In this document: positions 1-13,668 of the stretch, one piece after another
Numbering within the stretch: the first letter of the stretch is position 1
Layout of the letters: every line of letters begins with the position of its first letter
Origin: the human T2T-CHM13v2.0 reference genome, Homo sapiens
Assembly: GCF_009914755.1 (NCBI RefSeq)
Contig: NC_060936.1
DNA length: 64,000 bases
Direction: 5' to 3' (one strand)
Translations under genes and position numbers: made by a program
The notes under the pieces: generated by a model
Seen by the model: the letters and a program-made list of their open reading frames with translations, nothing else
Database searches by the model: none
What the model was told of the DNA's origin: nothing

Positions 1-90
1 TTGGATAATTATACCTTGTATGCATGTATCAAAATATCACCTATACCCTGTAGATATTTACAAATATTATGTATCCAAAAAAATTAAAAG
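1..90 (+). mobile_element. L1MA-type LINE-1 3' terminus (cut by window edge)
   Basis: aaaatatcacctataccctgtagatatttacaaatattatgtatcc followed by an A-rich tail resembles the L1MA 3' end. Confidence 0.7.
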
Positions 91-199
91 GCTTTAAAAT
101 GTACATTTCTTCCTTGGCATTGCTACCTCTAATGATGAGATGACAGACCTAAACTTGGGAGAAACCAACCAGAATGAAAAAGAGATATGTATAAAAGAC

Positions 200-485
200 A
201 ATATGGAAGAAAAACTACAGAACTTAATGGCAGGTACAAGTACAAAAAAAATTAAACTTTGCTCTTGCATCCTGGTGACTGGGAAATGATTATATTGTTG
301 ACAGAAATATGAAAGTTGAACAGAGCAACCGGTTTGGGAAGGAAAAAATTATCAACACAATTTCAGAAAGTTAGGAGTTTGAAGAGATAGCAGAACTCCT
401 GCTCTAAATCTCCAGTGAACAGGTCAGAATTGAGGAGAAAGGCCTAGATAGAATTAGAGATTTGGCAGTCATCTGTGTCCATAGA
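200..485 (-). mobile_element. L2 fragment
   Basis: Purine-rich; gaggagaaaggcctagatagaattagagatttggcagtcatc resembles antisense L2 consensus. Confidence 0.55.
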
Positions 486-1517
486 TTGCAGGCTTCATAT
501 ATCAGATTTTATCTGTTATTCTTGAATCTTGAAGTGCTGGTCATGTGGCAATTTTCTGCCACTCTTTCCAATAAAAAGTCCATATTCTGATTTCCCTGTG
601 ACTCAGTAAATTGCCTCAAATCTCATACACTGTTTTTCTTGTTACTGGGTGTCAAACCAAATCTGCCTTTACTTTAAGTGTAAAAGTTTTAAAACTATGT
701 TGTGTATATGCAAACTGGATAATTACATATTCATTTACTGAGAATATGGAAGCATGGAAAAAAACTAATAAATCATTTTCCTCAATCAATGTAAGGAATC
801 TAGGTTTACAAAGGCATATTTGAATTACTATAAAAGAAAAGGAGACCTGACAATTTCTGTTTGATTGTGAGATGTATAGCATCATCAAAATTACAAGGTA
901 AAAGCTGAGGAACATTTTTCTGAATGCTTGAAGAATTGACTGGGTATTCAGCAGAAGCTGAATGAAAATGTCAGGCTAACAATGAAGATTTTGTACTTTA
1001 TCACACCCTGATGACTGGTACATAGCAAGATTTGATCAGTTTCATAAAAGTAGGAAATTGAACTTTCAAAGACATCGCTAGTACTAGAATATACTAGAAT
1101 GCTCCTTTAGTATGCATTCAAGTTTTTTAATAGTATGTTACTTGGTTAATATTTATGTCTGTCTCATCCCTTAAGTCTACCTACATTTAAATTTTATTTC
1201 TTGGTAAGTATAAAATTATTCTAAGCTTACCTCAGACACTAACAAATAAGTAACAAGGGCTCGATGGGTATCAATTCCATGCCTAACACAGGGCTGGGCA
1301 TTATGAGAAGTTTAAGACATTCTAATAGAGTAGAATGGTGGTCTCCAGGGGCCACCTGGAGATGGAGAAAATAAGGAGATGTTGGTCTAAGGGTGCAAAC
1401 TTTCCATTATAAGATGAATAAGTTCTGGGGATCTAATGTATAGCATGGTAACTATAGATAATAATATTGTATTGTACACTTGAAATTTGCAAAGAAAGTA
1501 GATCTTAAATGTTCTCA

Positions 1518-1518
<1 letters not shown>

Positions 1519-1550
<32 letters not shown>
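1519..1550 (+). repeat. (CA)16 microsatellite
   Basis: Direct reading. Confidence 0.95.
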
Positions 1551-1552
<2 letters not shown>

Positions 1553-1648
1553 TGGTAACAATGTGTTAACTAACTTGATTGTGGTAATTATTTCACTATA
1601 TATGTGTACTAAAATATCATGTTGTACACATTAAGTGCATATACTTTT

Positions 1649-1886
1649 TTATTATTATTATACTTTAAGTTTTAGGGTACATGTGCACAACGTGCAGGTT
1701 TGTTACATATGTATACATGTGCCATGTTGGTGTGCTGCACCCATTAACTCGTCATTTAGCATTAGGTATATCTCCTAATGCTATCCCTCCCCCCTCCCCC
1801 CATCCCACAACAGTCCCCAGTGTGTGATGTTCCCCTTCCTGTGTCCATGTGTTCTCATTGTTCAATTCCCACCTATGAGTGAGAAC
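1649..1886 (-). mobile_element. 5'-truncated L1PA (about PA3-PA5) 3' UTR, ~240 bp
   Basis: tactttaagttttagggtacatgtgcacaacgtgcagg...ccattaactcgtcatttagc; TSD agtgcata(t/c)actttt at 1634-1648 and 1887-1901. Confidence 0.93.
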
Positions 1887-2749
1887 AGTGCATACACTTT
1901 TATTTGTCAATTATATCTCAATAAGGGTAGGGTGGGAAAGTGAGCCAGGACTTCTAATATCATGCTAGTCAATGCATTTATAAAATGTTATTTAATTACC
2001 ATGTTCCTATTGTAAAGACTCAGTTTCAATAGTTCATAAGTTATTTATTCATTATTGGTGTCCCTGACAAGATAAATAAATATGAAACAGGCTTGCACTT
2101 AAGAGGGGAAAAGCCTATGAAAAAATTACAAGCTACTTGGGAAGCCTTTTGGATACTTGTAAAGTAGGTTACTCCAGATTTATTCTGTGATGAGGAAGAA
2201 TGACAGACTTGGATGGTTTACAGGAGCATCTTGCTTTCGATAGTAAAAGGCACTCATTGGAACATCAGCTTATTCAACTCCATGCCTTTACTTTTAGGGC
2301 CACAGGAAACAGGGGTCAATGATGGTGAATGCGTGCTTTTTCTCTTGACAGAAGTAGGAGGATTGAAAGATTCTGGTGCCCTTAAGTGTGGTTGAATTTC
2401 TGAACAAATACGATCCTTGCAAGAGTAATTAAAATAAGCTGCTAATTAAAAGCTTTTGTTGTTTGAACTTGGAGAAGCAAATCAAAGTGGCAAGCTTTCA
2501 CTCCAAGTCAACTCAGTGCTCTTTGACTCCCAGAAGGGCAGCTTGAGACAACATTGCCTAAAAATTTCTTGAATGCCTGAAAGGAGTTGGGTTGAGTTCA
2601 GCTTAGAAGTTTAGATTGGAAAAGATGTCTATGTTAGAATAAATCGTGGATTTTTAGATTTAACATTTAGATAGAAAATTACTTAATTTTGATTATTCTA
2701 AAAATAAATCTACCATTCCAGTTAGTAGAATAGACATCCTTTCAGCTAC

Positions 2750-2975
2750 CATCTATTGAACTCTTATTAACAGTCTGGCACCTGGTAACTGCATAAGCTT
2801 AGTTAAATCTCACAGTAGTATTATGAGGTTGATAATTTAGTTATCCCATTTTTATAAAGAAGGGAAAAATAATGAAGATGTTAAGTAACATTCAAGATTC
2901 ATTAGCTCACAAGAGTGAGGCTGGAATTGGAACCCAATGTACTGACCCCAAAGCCATCTTCTTTACTACCATATT
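2750..2975 (-). mobile_element. MIR
   Basis: aatctcacagtagtattatgagg...atcccattttt...gttaagtaac...ggaattggaaccca...tgaccccaaagcc. Confidence 0.75.
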
Positions 2976-3584
2976 TTGCCAACCTTGACCAGCTGTAAAC
3001 TTGAGGAATCCCATACGCATGTGCTGGGTAAAATAGTTTCCAATTACAAAAAGACTTCTAATCTCCATTTTTTTGTACTACATATTACTATTATACTATT
3101 TTCTGTAGCTTCTAACAATATATAATACTCTAATAACGACATTGTAATTATTAATAAAAATGACTAATGCAACTCTGTAATTTTCACTTTTAACATGTTA
3201 CCTAAAGCACTTTTTGCTTAAATGTTTCTTCTTGGTCAATAATTTATTGCTCTTGCTAAACTGAAAAACAATATGTTTGATGAAGTTATTTCATGTAAAT
3301 GGTAAATCCTTTACATTTAGAAAAAAATCATTTCTCTTGTGTTTTTCATTAATTATAATGGCAGTGATCAATTTTAAATATGGCCTTACTTGCATATTAA
3401 AATTGATTTCCTTCCCAGTTTAGTTCTGCAAGTATTACTTATTTAGGAAACAAGAAAAATTATAAAATGTTTTTACTATTCCATGTTTGCAAGGTATGGG
3501 TAGTTATTTCTATGGGTCAGATATTTGTTCCAAAATACTATTCCTTTGCTTCCACAAACACAATAATAAAAACAGTTAGGTCTA

Positions 3585-4125
<541 letters not shown>

Positions 4126-5075
4126 CTAATTTTTTACCCTATCAACTTGCTGCATTCAAAATACCTTTGAAAAAATTAAAAATTAAACTATAAGTATAAA
4201 ATAAGACCTTGAGTTCATTTAATATTTGGTTTATTCATAAACATTTTAATGCATATTTTTAAATTTTAGATGAATAGAATTTGATTTAGCTGTAATTCTA
4301 TAATGCATTTCTTTACATAATTGGTATCATGTTAACTCTTTGTTAGCCTTGTTGACCTTTCCTAGCACTGGTATTCATGTATATGAGCCTGCTTTTGTAT
4401 TGACAGTGGATATTTCTTCCTTTCCTCTTTCTCTGCACAAATTTCTTTGCTGTCATGTTGTTAGCAAATATTTATTCCATTCCTGCAAGCAGTCATGCAT
4501 AAAAATATGATAATAGATATTCATGTCCTTTCTTAAACCCCAGCACATACCTACTTAACCATCACGTCATTCAATAATACTTATTTCACCATGACAAGAA
4601 GGGCAACATAAATAATTAATATTGATTTCCCTGATCTTGCCTCTAACCCATACAGCTTTCTCAAGTACTGATTGATAGAAAAATACTTTACCTCTGAAGC
4701 TGTCTGACATTTAAATATTTAACTCCCATCTCATAGTTCATGAAATATTACTAAAATACACAGAAAAAACTACTTAAAAAGCAGTAATTCAAACTAAAAA
4801 CTTGAGAAAGCAACTGAAACCAATGAAATCATGTATGATTTTTAAAAGATACCTCTAGAAACTTAAATTCAGGGCATCAAATTTATATTTTTAATCTCCA
4901 TGAAAGAGGCAAGAACATTATTGCTATTTAGTAATGCAATATTAAATGATATTTTGCTGCATTTCCCAAAGGCAGTAATAACTATTACTAGTAGTTTATT
5001 GGTTTATAAAAAAGTACTATCTTAATTCATAAATAGATTACTTTCTCTCACTTCTATTCACCTCCTGCCTTTGAC

Positions 5076-5270
5076 CCGTCAGCTCTGCAACTTTGGGTAA
5101 ATTACCTCTTTGAGCTTTCCTCACTTTATCTATAAAATGTAATGCAATTCACAGGATTAAATACAAATACACATACATATTATTTGTGTGTGTGTGTATG
5201 TGTGTGTGTGCATGCATGCATATGCATAAACAAACGATGCCTGGCATACATGCAGTAGGTTCTCAAAAAC
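5076..5270 (+). mobile_element. MIR containing a (TG)n tract (5185-5210)
   Basis: ctttgggtaaattacctctttgagc...tataaaatg...tgcctggcataca. Confidence 0.7.
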
Positions 5271-5371
5271 TGTGAGTCCCATCCTTTTTTTCCCTTTTTG
5301 TATATTTACATGACCTACCTGTGTACACACCTAGTTAAATACCTTATATTTTGCAAGGCTTTCACATATGG

Positions 5372-5600
5372 TGGGGCCAGGGTGAGGCAAGTGTGCCACT
5401 TGCCTTATGCACAAAATTTAAGGTGGTAAGAAAAAAACTCAGTAATTAAGGTGAAATAAAAATTTAGGCAGTATTTTTAAAAATCAGAATTTATCCAAAA
5501 TTTCCTGATGAACAAAACCTCAAAATATTAAATAAAGGCAAGGTCCACAGGACTGGCATTTCCTTCGCCTCAGCCTCCAGTGTGGCTTAGCCCAGCTCTG
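5372..5600. mobile_element. MER96-like hAT-Tip100 DNA element
   Basis: agggtgaggcaagtg...gcacaaaatttaagg...aaaaaactcagtaat...gatgaacaaaa...aaataaag...cgcctca matches the recalled MER96 family. Confidence 0.65.
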
Positions 5601-7124
5601 CTTTCACCAGCGTTGCCTACACATGTCCCGTAGCTCTGGCCCCCACACAGAAACAACATCCAAGATGTCTGCGTCCTTAGTCGCAGGCCTCCTACATAAG
5701 GCAGCTCACAGCCTCATTCCTTATTCTCGGTTTGAGGTTGAAAGGTTTAAATCTTGAATTTGGAGATAGGAATGAAGGCAAAACTCAAGCTGAGAATTTG
5801 AGAGAAAGCAAGAATGAGAGAGTATAGAACGTCACAAAGATCTAGCAATGAGGGAGCTTCATTCTGAACTCACCATGCTTGAAAGGCTATAGATGAGCAC
5901 TGTCTGTTCCCTCAGTCTGCATCAGCTTCATCCAAGAATGATTTTTGATGATGACATTGAATAAGTATCCATGTTTCTGTAATAGTTTTAGGAAGCACAA
6001 AATGAACTTCTGGTTCCTCTTAGGCTTATAAATATAAAGGAGTATTCCATAGTTATTTTATCTTCCTATTGGCCTTGAAAAAAATACCCTATTAGTTATC
6101 TAAATCCTCATCATGTGTAGGTGTAGAGTCAATGTTAATAGTACTTTTTGATAAATAAAAATGATGACATCCTCCTTCTATAATACCTATTCCCAAATAT
6201 TTAAATACGCTTCTACTAAAACCAAATCATAGACTAAGTTGGAGTGCTTGGTGTTACTTGGTTTTGATTTGTTCTCTCCTGAGACAGGACACATTTTTCT
6301 CTTTGATTTACCCCAAGAGAAAGAATTGTCACCACTGGATAACCCAGTGAGCAGAATAATCAGGCCACTGAGCAGAATGAGTGAGTGATGGTGTTTCTAG
6401 TCCTCCATTACCAAATTGTGCACAAAATATATCGCAGCTGGTGCTGCCACGTATGCAGCATTTTAGGTGGGCTATGGACTGCTGGGAAAAGACCATACAA
6501 ACCTATAGAAAGTCCCTGATTTATTTAACAAGTATCCTGAAATTAATGGAACAGGGGCTCTCCACAGCAGGAAAAGATAGGTAGTATATGGCCTCCCCTT
6601 TGCCCCTGGGCTCCCAGAGGGGCACACAGCTGCCAGAAACTCGCTTCATCTGAGAAGACCATGCTAATGTTGAAAATATAGCCAAGTTCTTGCTATGCCA
6701 CAGTCGCTTAAAATATGAGGCATATAATAACCATATAATATTCCAGTGGCATTTAGGCTAAAAATCTGCATGCTTCCATTATAGAAGCATTTACAAACTT
6801 CAGACTCTACAGGTTCTTCTGCACACAAGAATCCCATATCCTCTTCTGGTAGATAACGCAGAATCAGGTTTCCCTTTACTGCGTATCTGCCTTTAGAATT
6901 CTTGTGTCTATAAAAAACTCTTTTCTAACAGAACACTCCTTGATACAGATTTAGTATGCCTTTACCTAGGTGCTTTCCGTATATAGTGTGATCTTAATAG
7001 TCACTTCTCTGAAATATATTGTCTTTACTGTGTGCAAACTTAAGTATTTGTTGGGGTCTTAGATCAAATGAATGTGTTTTAATCCAGGCCTAACTGACTA
7101 TAAAAGACCGTGTGCTTCGTTACC

Positions 7125-7282
7125 ATGCAGGGTTCTACAGATTGCATACATCAGAATCATCTGGAATGCTTATCAGCACCTCATTGCATCTGGTACTGAA
7201 TCTTTGTCTTTGGGTATGGGGCCTAGGAATTGTTAGTTTTACAAGCTCCTCATACATGCTGAAGTTTGGAAATCATTGCTTT
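7125..7282. mobile_element. MER5-family hAT-Charlie element
   Basis: catcagaatcatctgga...tggggcctaggaat...ttttacaagctcc...aagtttggaaatcattg. Confidence 0.7.
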
Positions 7283-10200
7283 AATATTATACTGCATCCT
7301 GGTTGCACTGATTCCTTCACAATTTGAAGTTCTTGTTGTCTTAGGAAGAGAAGCCTATAGGCTAACAGATTGCCAGCACCCCTGTGACCATTACTGTTTG
7401 CTTCCCTCAAAAAAACCACATTGTTGATTGGCATAAGTCCTCTAGTCACTACCTCACCCTGAGCTCAGCTTGCCGACATCTGAATGAACTGGCAGTCAAA
7501 GCCATACAGTGCCAAGAGAGTTAGCTTCCTAAGAGTTCCTCATGAAAAATGGAGGCCAGGTTTTGCCCCTTGCTTTCTATCTTGAATTTTGTTAAAACAA
7601 AAACTATTTTTATCTGTGGAAACAAGCATGTATGCCATCTGTTTTCTTTGAGATATCAAAGTTCAGTATTGTTTTTAATTCAGCAACAAATATTTATTTT
7701 GCCCTTCCATATGATGTTTATTCATACTCGTCTCCTTCACCCTACCAGCTTTATCTGATTAAATTCAGTCTATACATTGGTACATTAATATTGTCTGTTA
7801 ATTTTTTTCCTAATTAAACCTAAGGAATTGTATATTTTAATATACTGTGACACTCTATGTATTCTTTATTTCTTCAAAATTATACTCCTTTGGAAATGTA
7901 CAAATAATGCGTATTTGTATCTCTGCCATTTCTTAAGCTTATTATTTAGGCACATAATATATATAATATTAGACATGCTGGTTTAACTAAAATAAGCTAT
8001 TCATTTTGTTTTCTTCCATTTATATTATTGTGGTTATATAGGTTAATATATTTGAAAAACATGAGAAATATATTATAATTAAATTATTTTGAATTTCATA
8101 GTCCAAACAAGTAAAACTAATGTTGTTCTAGCACTGACAATGAGACAAAGAGGAGTCATTGAATAATTAGGAAAAAGATAAAAAATATCTAGATTAGCAA
8201 TGATTATTTAGACATGAAAAACAAGATGATATCTACTAAAATGTATATAAACTGATATTCAGACATATTCCACTTGTCATAATTAATTTGAGCCTTGTGT
8301 ATGATATTCATTGCTTCTAATGCTCCCACAATTTTTTTCTGTCTTATGGAGCCCATATTTTCTAAGAAACGTCATAGGGCCATAAGGACACATTGCCTTC
8401 AGATGCATAATTCATTAGGTTAAACAGTGTATGTCATTGGCTTGGGTTTCTTTCTTCAGGGTGCTGCCGAAGTGCATCAGAACCCTGTTTAACTGGCAGC
8501 AATTTGAGATGCAGAATTAGCATATTGTTTCTTGGGGAATGCCCTTGAATGTGCTTGAGTAGCTTGTTGTGTAAGGCATGAACAGAATTGCCAAGAGCCA
8601 GGGAAGAAATGGGTTCCAAGCATCATGCAGTAATCCTGTGTGCCTGTGCATATCTCAAGAAAGCTCCTCAGGAAATGTCAGATCATTGCTGAATGATTAA
8701 CGCACAGACATTGCAGACCAGAGTTATACCTGGGGACTCACAGCTCACTCATATTACAGCACACCTGTGCAAAATTCCAAAGCGAGGGATCCCTGTGGTG
8801 CCAGGTAAGCGTCTCACCTTCACTACTAATGCTCTAAAGTTACAGCTGAGAAATTATTGAGAAGTTAAGCTACAACTTTGCTACAACTTGAAAACTTACA
8901 TTTTTCACCTTTGTGGGGATGGAGCTTAATATATTTGTGTCCTGGGAGAGACAAAATGTAGAAATAAATAGAGGGCTGGCTTGGATAAAGTATACTAAAA
9001 ATGTGACCATAAAAAGATGTAAAGAAAAACAAATCAACTTCCATGTGGACCAATCATGAGAGCTTAGAAATACGACTTTTTATTAATCTCACATGCCAAG
9101 AAACCATCCCTTACTAAAATGATGGAATGGAATATTTCCATTTGGCAAAATGCTTGCAGGTGAAGCAAAATTTAATCAATCAAATTCAAATATTAGTAAA
9201 ATGAGGAGAAATAAACTCTAGGCAATTCATAATTTCATAAGAACTCTCATTTGTCTTTTGAGCAAAGAATAAAATAGCTATCATTGCTTTTAATCACTGG
9301 AGAACCAGAATTCTTTTTAGACTTCCATCACTTACTGTTGAATATGCTTGTGTATGAGTCCTCCAGTGTTCTGAACCAGAGAATAGTTTCTTTATGGGAT
9401 TTGTGTCTGCTGCAGAATGCTTGGAGGAATATCATTTTTGCTTGCAGAAAATTGAAATAGGCATGGTCTATGTCTCAAATGCATTTTAAAGTAGGAGGTC
9501 AAGTACAACTCCTTGGCAAGTGAGAAGCAGACATAATAACAAAACTTCAAACCCTAGATTGTCTTCATGTAACCTTGTGGGTCTATGATTCTAAGAAAAT
9601 CCTACATTTAAAAAAAAGATGGGTGATTAGGTATAGAGAGCAATATACAGTTTTCTCTGATGATACTCCAAAAATGGATTCTTAAGAACAGACCCTGTTA
9701 AGATCTTTCCATGTTGCTAGGAGCAATTGTTACCATAGGAACAATGGTACTAGTAAGCATCATTTATACACACATAACATCCAACCCAGAAAGTGATTTA
9801 ATTAAATTACCTTTACAATTATATACTGTTGTCTTTTGCAGCGTTTTCATGTGTATAGTACAACTTATTAGGCCCTCTTTTAGGTAAGCTTATGTAAATT
9901 TGCTCACTGGTAACTTTCACTGGTTTATATCCTCAACCATTTTGTTACATTGAAGTTTAGTCTTTCTTTGGCATAGAAGAAAAAAAGATTCAATATTCTG
10001 AGCTCAATTGTCATTTTTGTAGGGAACTTTGAGTCACAGCAGTGATGGGTGCTCAGCCCTGATGGGGCTGCTATAATCAAATAAGAAAATCAAAGAAAAT
10101 GTTGACACTGCTGCAGATTTAGATTGTGCTTCACCCACAACCCAGTCATTTTATGTTGAGTATTATTTTGAAAACATAAAATCAGAACAAGTAGTCATCC

Positions 10201-11549
10201 TCAAATTCCTTAAAACATTCTTTTTTTAATTTTTCATTAAAAATCACATTCTCTGATGAAACTGAAAAGAATTCAGCTCGAGCAACGTTGGAAAATGCTC
10301 CTCTACTTCCCCCCTTAAAAGAATAGTTAATTAGACTATATTACAGATACTGATTACAGGCCTGTGGTTTGCTGTTGAAAGAATATGCTAGCTCAGGTTA
10401 CAGATCTTTCTAAAGCCAAAAGAAAGAAGTATGAATTCAGGTTGTAAATTGTTAACATATTGCCAGAAAACAAATTGGGAGATGCGGTCCTCTGCTGTGA
10501 TGTGGATTTGTGCCATGATTGTGGATTTCCTGAAATACTCTTAAGTAGAGAGTCTTAGGTACTGGGGAAGATAAAGCACACCACACTTGACTGCAACAGG
10601 CTTCAGCTAATGGCACATCCATCCTCACCTCCTTGATCTGTCATTTCCTCCAAAATTAGCTCATTTAGTTTACAATGCATCAAATTACTTTTCAGTCTCT
10701 ATCAATAAAGTGTGCCATCTATTATTACAACTGTGGAATATACTGGCAGGCACCAGACTTATTTCTCCTGAATCTCAAAAGTGGACAGGAAAAGCAGAGT
10801 CAATAACACCTATTAGCAAGGATTATGCATTCAGCAGTGTATATAAAATACTGGGTTCTTTAAAATATAATAGAGAACAGAGCTATCAGTCCCAGGGCTC
10901 AAATCCCTTCCCTGACATTTTTCAGTAAGACGCTTCCTTTTTTACCCCACCGCCCAGAAGGGCATGTCTCAGCAGTTTCCTCAGCCCACATTGGGATAAG
11001 GGAAAGAGGCTTCTGATTTTCTGTGCAAGGACCCTTTCCAAGAGCACCCAGATGCCAGGCATCCATGGCCCAGGATGTACAATTCCCATTTACAAACAAA
11101 CTGGGCTAGACAGCACCAGGAGGTAGATGGCTCTTGCAACAAGACCCATCATCTGGGTCAGCCATTGCAACTATTGACCTGACACTAGGAAGACCAGAAT
11201 ACCTCTCAAACCTCTTCACACCCTGGCTCATTTCGTTTAAGAGACTTATTTCCCAAGAAATTGGCGTGGGATAAGCTTCTAATAAGCTTTCACTTTAAAT
11301 TACCAATAATTCTGTTTTACCTTTTCAGGGGAGAAATACTCTTGAATCCATCTGCACTGTCAAAATCAAAACACTGTTTCATCCTATTTAGCTGTAGCCT
11401 GAAGGCACTTTCTAAATTTTGTGTCATGTTAGTGTTTAACACATTCAGAGCTTGGTACCCTCAGTAACGAAGAGTTTCAGAGTCTGACCTTGCCCTGGAC
11501 AATTTGTTTTTTTCCTACAAACATCATAGAAAGAGCAAGAACCTTGGTA

Positions 11550-11670
11550 TTAGCAACTTTCTAAGCTTCAGTTTACCTGTATAAAAAATAAAGAACATCA
11601 CTTTACTCCATAATATTGGAATATTAATGAGGATCAAGCTAGATAATGCATATAAAAGTACACAGGACAG
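11550..11670 (+). mobile_element. MIR fragment
   Basis: ctaagcttcagtttacctgtataaaa...atgaggatcaagctagataatgcatataaaag. Confidence 0.65.
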
Positions 11671-12027
11671 CATCCAAATTACTACTCTTGTTCATTTCTA
11701 CTCTTCCCTTAAATGCTTTAGATGGTAACAAATCCACTTAATATTCTGGAATGTGTACTATACATGCTTAATAATATATTATCTAATTTTATAAATCTCT
11801 ATAGCTTTGACTCATCTTGATTAAAAACATACTTTTCTAATTTTATTTAGAATATTAACATTTTTAAAAAATATGAATTAACAACCTTTGTCATTTTGTT
11901 ATATGTGAATTTTAAAGATCATAATCTTCATAACTCATCAGAAATATTTAAATTAATATTTATTTTTATCTGATTCTTTCTATGACTTTAATAATTTTTT
12001 ATCTAATTCTTTACATGCAATAATTAG

Positions 12028-12586
<559 letters not shown>

Positions 12587-12879
12587 TAAACATAGTGTTT
12601 TAAGTCCTGTGGAGGAGAGGGAAAAGCAAAAAGCTAACGGCACAACAACAAAACAAAAACCACTTCAGACTTCAAGGAGTTTTTAATCATGAGAATGTAC
12701 AGCCTGTGTCCTAACCATCTTTCAGCCCTAAACATATTCCCACAGACAGGCAGCACATTCATACACCCTCAGACAACACACTACTCCGTCCTCACACTTT
12801 AGAGTAGAACGCAAGTTACAAGACAATGTCAATTAATGTTGTTGTAGGAAACAGTCCATTGGAAGGACTGGAACTGTCA

Positions 12880-13035
12880 GCTGTATGTCAGGCTCTTTCC
12901 CTGTACTGTCTCATTCAATCTTCGTCACTTTAGAGAAAACTGAGGCCTAAGAAAGTTCATTACCTTTCTGAAGACCACACAGATAATTATGAAAGTTTTA
13001 GAATTCAACCCTCATTCTGACTTCAAAGCCTACAA
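12880..13035 (-). mobile_element. MIR fragment
   Basis: tctcattcaatc...gaaaactgaggcctaagaaagtt...accacacag...ctgacttcaaagcc. Confidence 0.75.
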
Positions 13036-13316
13036 CACCACCACACCACAGTACAGAGGCCTTAACCCAAACTTCCAGTTTGAGAAGACAATGCTTTGAG
13101 TAGTGTGAAATGCTAATCTTCTCCAGACATTCACCTCAGAAGCCAGGAGACATTAATAATTAAACAAAAAGGAGTGTCTGTACTTCAACAATTCTGGAAA
13201 ATAATAAACTTTAAAACATGACCTTATGAAATGATATGGTAGAAGAATAAACAGAGGCCATTGAAGTTCATCAAAGGATGTTTTCTGAACGTTTTTAGAT
13301 CTGACCTGGGTTTTAA

Positions 13317-13668
<352 letters not shown>

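Larger units (their letters stand above)
1321..1925 (+). mobile_element. L1MA/L1MB 3' end, interrupted by an L1PA insertion
   Basis: agagtagaatggtggt...ataagatgaataagttctggggatctaatgtatagcatgg...gaaagtagatcttaaatgttctcacc; resumes at 1887 with tttatttgtcaattatatctcaataa. Confidence 0.85.
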
